Below, piece by piece: positions 62,939 to 64,000 of a stretch of 64,000 nucleotides of DNA; position 1 is the first letter of the stretch; the number at the start of each line of letters is the position of its first letter. The notes under the pieces are model-generated. The model was not told the origin of the DNA. It worked only from the letters and a program-made list of their open reading frames with translations, and did no database searches. The DNA comes from Eledone cirrhosa (Eukaryota), in the NCBI GenBank assembly GCA_964016885.1, contig CAXHJY010001528.1:72791-136790 (forward strand). The letters run 5' to 3'. A program made the position numbers and the translations under genes.

Positions 62939-64000
62939 TAACTTTGAATAACTTTGAAATGTTTTGGCCAGTATTGGCCCAGGCCATGTCTAACTTAATA
63001 GCACCACCTGGCGAAGTCTTTCAATTCAGAATTTGGGCACCATGGCCCATTCGAGAACAGAATTACTGTTTGCGGAGACATATCCGGGTGTGGGTGGTTT
63101 GTCCGGGATTACTTGGAGGAATTTGTCCAAAGACTTCTTGAATTTTGTGTGGTCAGTTTCTGTTTTGACGTGTCCTGGTGTGATGTTGAAGAGAGCAGGG
63201 CCGATTGAGGTGAAATAATTGTGCCGTATTGTTGTTATGAGTTGCGATTTAGATTTTTGAATGGGACGGATAGCACGGGGCCCAAGCCTTGGGTGTATCT
63301 TGAAGGCGATGCCAACATCATTTGGGCAGTGATGATGGAACATTTTCCACATCATGCAGATAATATAACGCTCACGGCGACGTTGGAGTGAGTAAAGTTT
63401 CAGGTTTTCCAATCGACCCCAGTAGTCAAGGTCTGACATGCCATCTATCTTTTTCGTGATTGCCCTTTGAGGAGCTTCAAGTTTCATGATACTTTGTTTC
63501 GTGTGGGGAGACCACAGTGGACAACAGTATTCAAGGTGTGGTCGGGCGAAAGTAGAGAAGAGAAGGATAATGGTGCGGGAATCTCTCGACTGGAAGGTTC
63601 TGAGGATCCAGGAACACATTCTGCGGGCCATGTCAACTTTGCTGCTTATATGCGTGGTCCAGCTTATGTTGCTGTCCACGGTTACTCCCAAGTCTCTGAT
63701 GTTGTTAGATGCCACGAGAGTTTCCCCGGAGGGAAGGGAGTACGGGAGTTTCAGAGCATCCTCTTTTCCAAAGTGGATCAGTTCGAATTTGTCTTCGTTC
63801 AGTAACATGTTGTTCTTTTCTGCCCATTGGGTAACAGCCAGTAGGTCTGACTGAAGGCTTATCCGGTCATCCACGCCATTGATGACCTTTTGGAGCTTGG
63901 AATCATCAGCGAAAATTTTAATGTTGCTGTGTTTGATGATGTCAGTGATGTCATTAATATAGATGATGAAGAGAAGTGGGCCCAACACAGTGCCTTGTGG
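62939..64000 (-). mobile_element. CR1-clade LINE, 3' part (continues beyond the window)
   Basis: RT C-terminal ORF, short 3' UTR and (TTCAAAGTTA)2 tail at 62939-62958. Confidence 0.9.
63026..64000 (-). CDS. CR1-type LINE ORF2 reverse transcriptase, C-terminal part (partial, uninterrupted)
   Basis: [21 protein letters not shown] catalytic motif, [27 protein letters not shown]; no stops in 325 codons before the terminal stop. Confidence 0.9.
   Translation of the reverse strand, partial: PQGTVLGPLLFIIYINDITDIIKHSNIKIFADDSKLQKVINGVDDRISLQSDLLAVTQWAEKNNMLLNEDKFELIHFGKEDALKLPYSLPSGETLVASNNIRDLGVTVDSNISWTTHISSKVDMARRMCSWILRTFQSRDSRTIILLFSTFARPHLEYCCPLWSPHTKQSIMKLEAPQRAITKKIDGMSDLDYWGRLENLKLYSLQRRRERYIICMMWKMFHHHCPNDVGIAFKIHPRLGPRAIRPIQKSKSQLITTIRHNYFTSIGPALFNITPGHVKTETDHTKFKKSLDKFLQVIPDKPPTPGYVSANSNSVLEWAMVPKF

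Overview
AT-rich, microsatellite-saturated eukaryotic DNA. The repeat repertoire looks molluscan, most like an octopod cephalopod (inferred from recall, not a search). Almost every long ORF in the supplied track is a microsatellite artefact. One real host gene can be assembled by hand: 5 exons on + (2771-7934), 294 aa, with a signal peptide, a PAN/Apple-like module and an uncharacterised C-terminal domain. The rest is transposon debris: tRNA-derived SINEs; mariner, pogo, hAT and piggyBac-type MITEs; RTE, Tx1/L1, CRE, R4/Dong-like and CR1 LINE 3' fragments; minisatellites; and a ~7.5 kb (TA)-based array. The most striking structure is a set of small non-coding elements embedded in (TA)n/(CA)n tracts. 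It includes several minimal type-I hammerhead ribozyme motifs and eight 'tailed palindromes' from five sequence families (fold-back arms plus a ~55-80 nt one-sided tail). In four of those families the arms carry the 3' half of a hammerhead (GAAA-stem III-GUH), and most tails share a covarying ACTC..GAGT stem-loop. These are best read as Penelope-like/retrozyme-type retroelements; the mechanism is inference.
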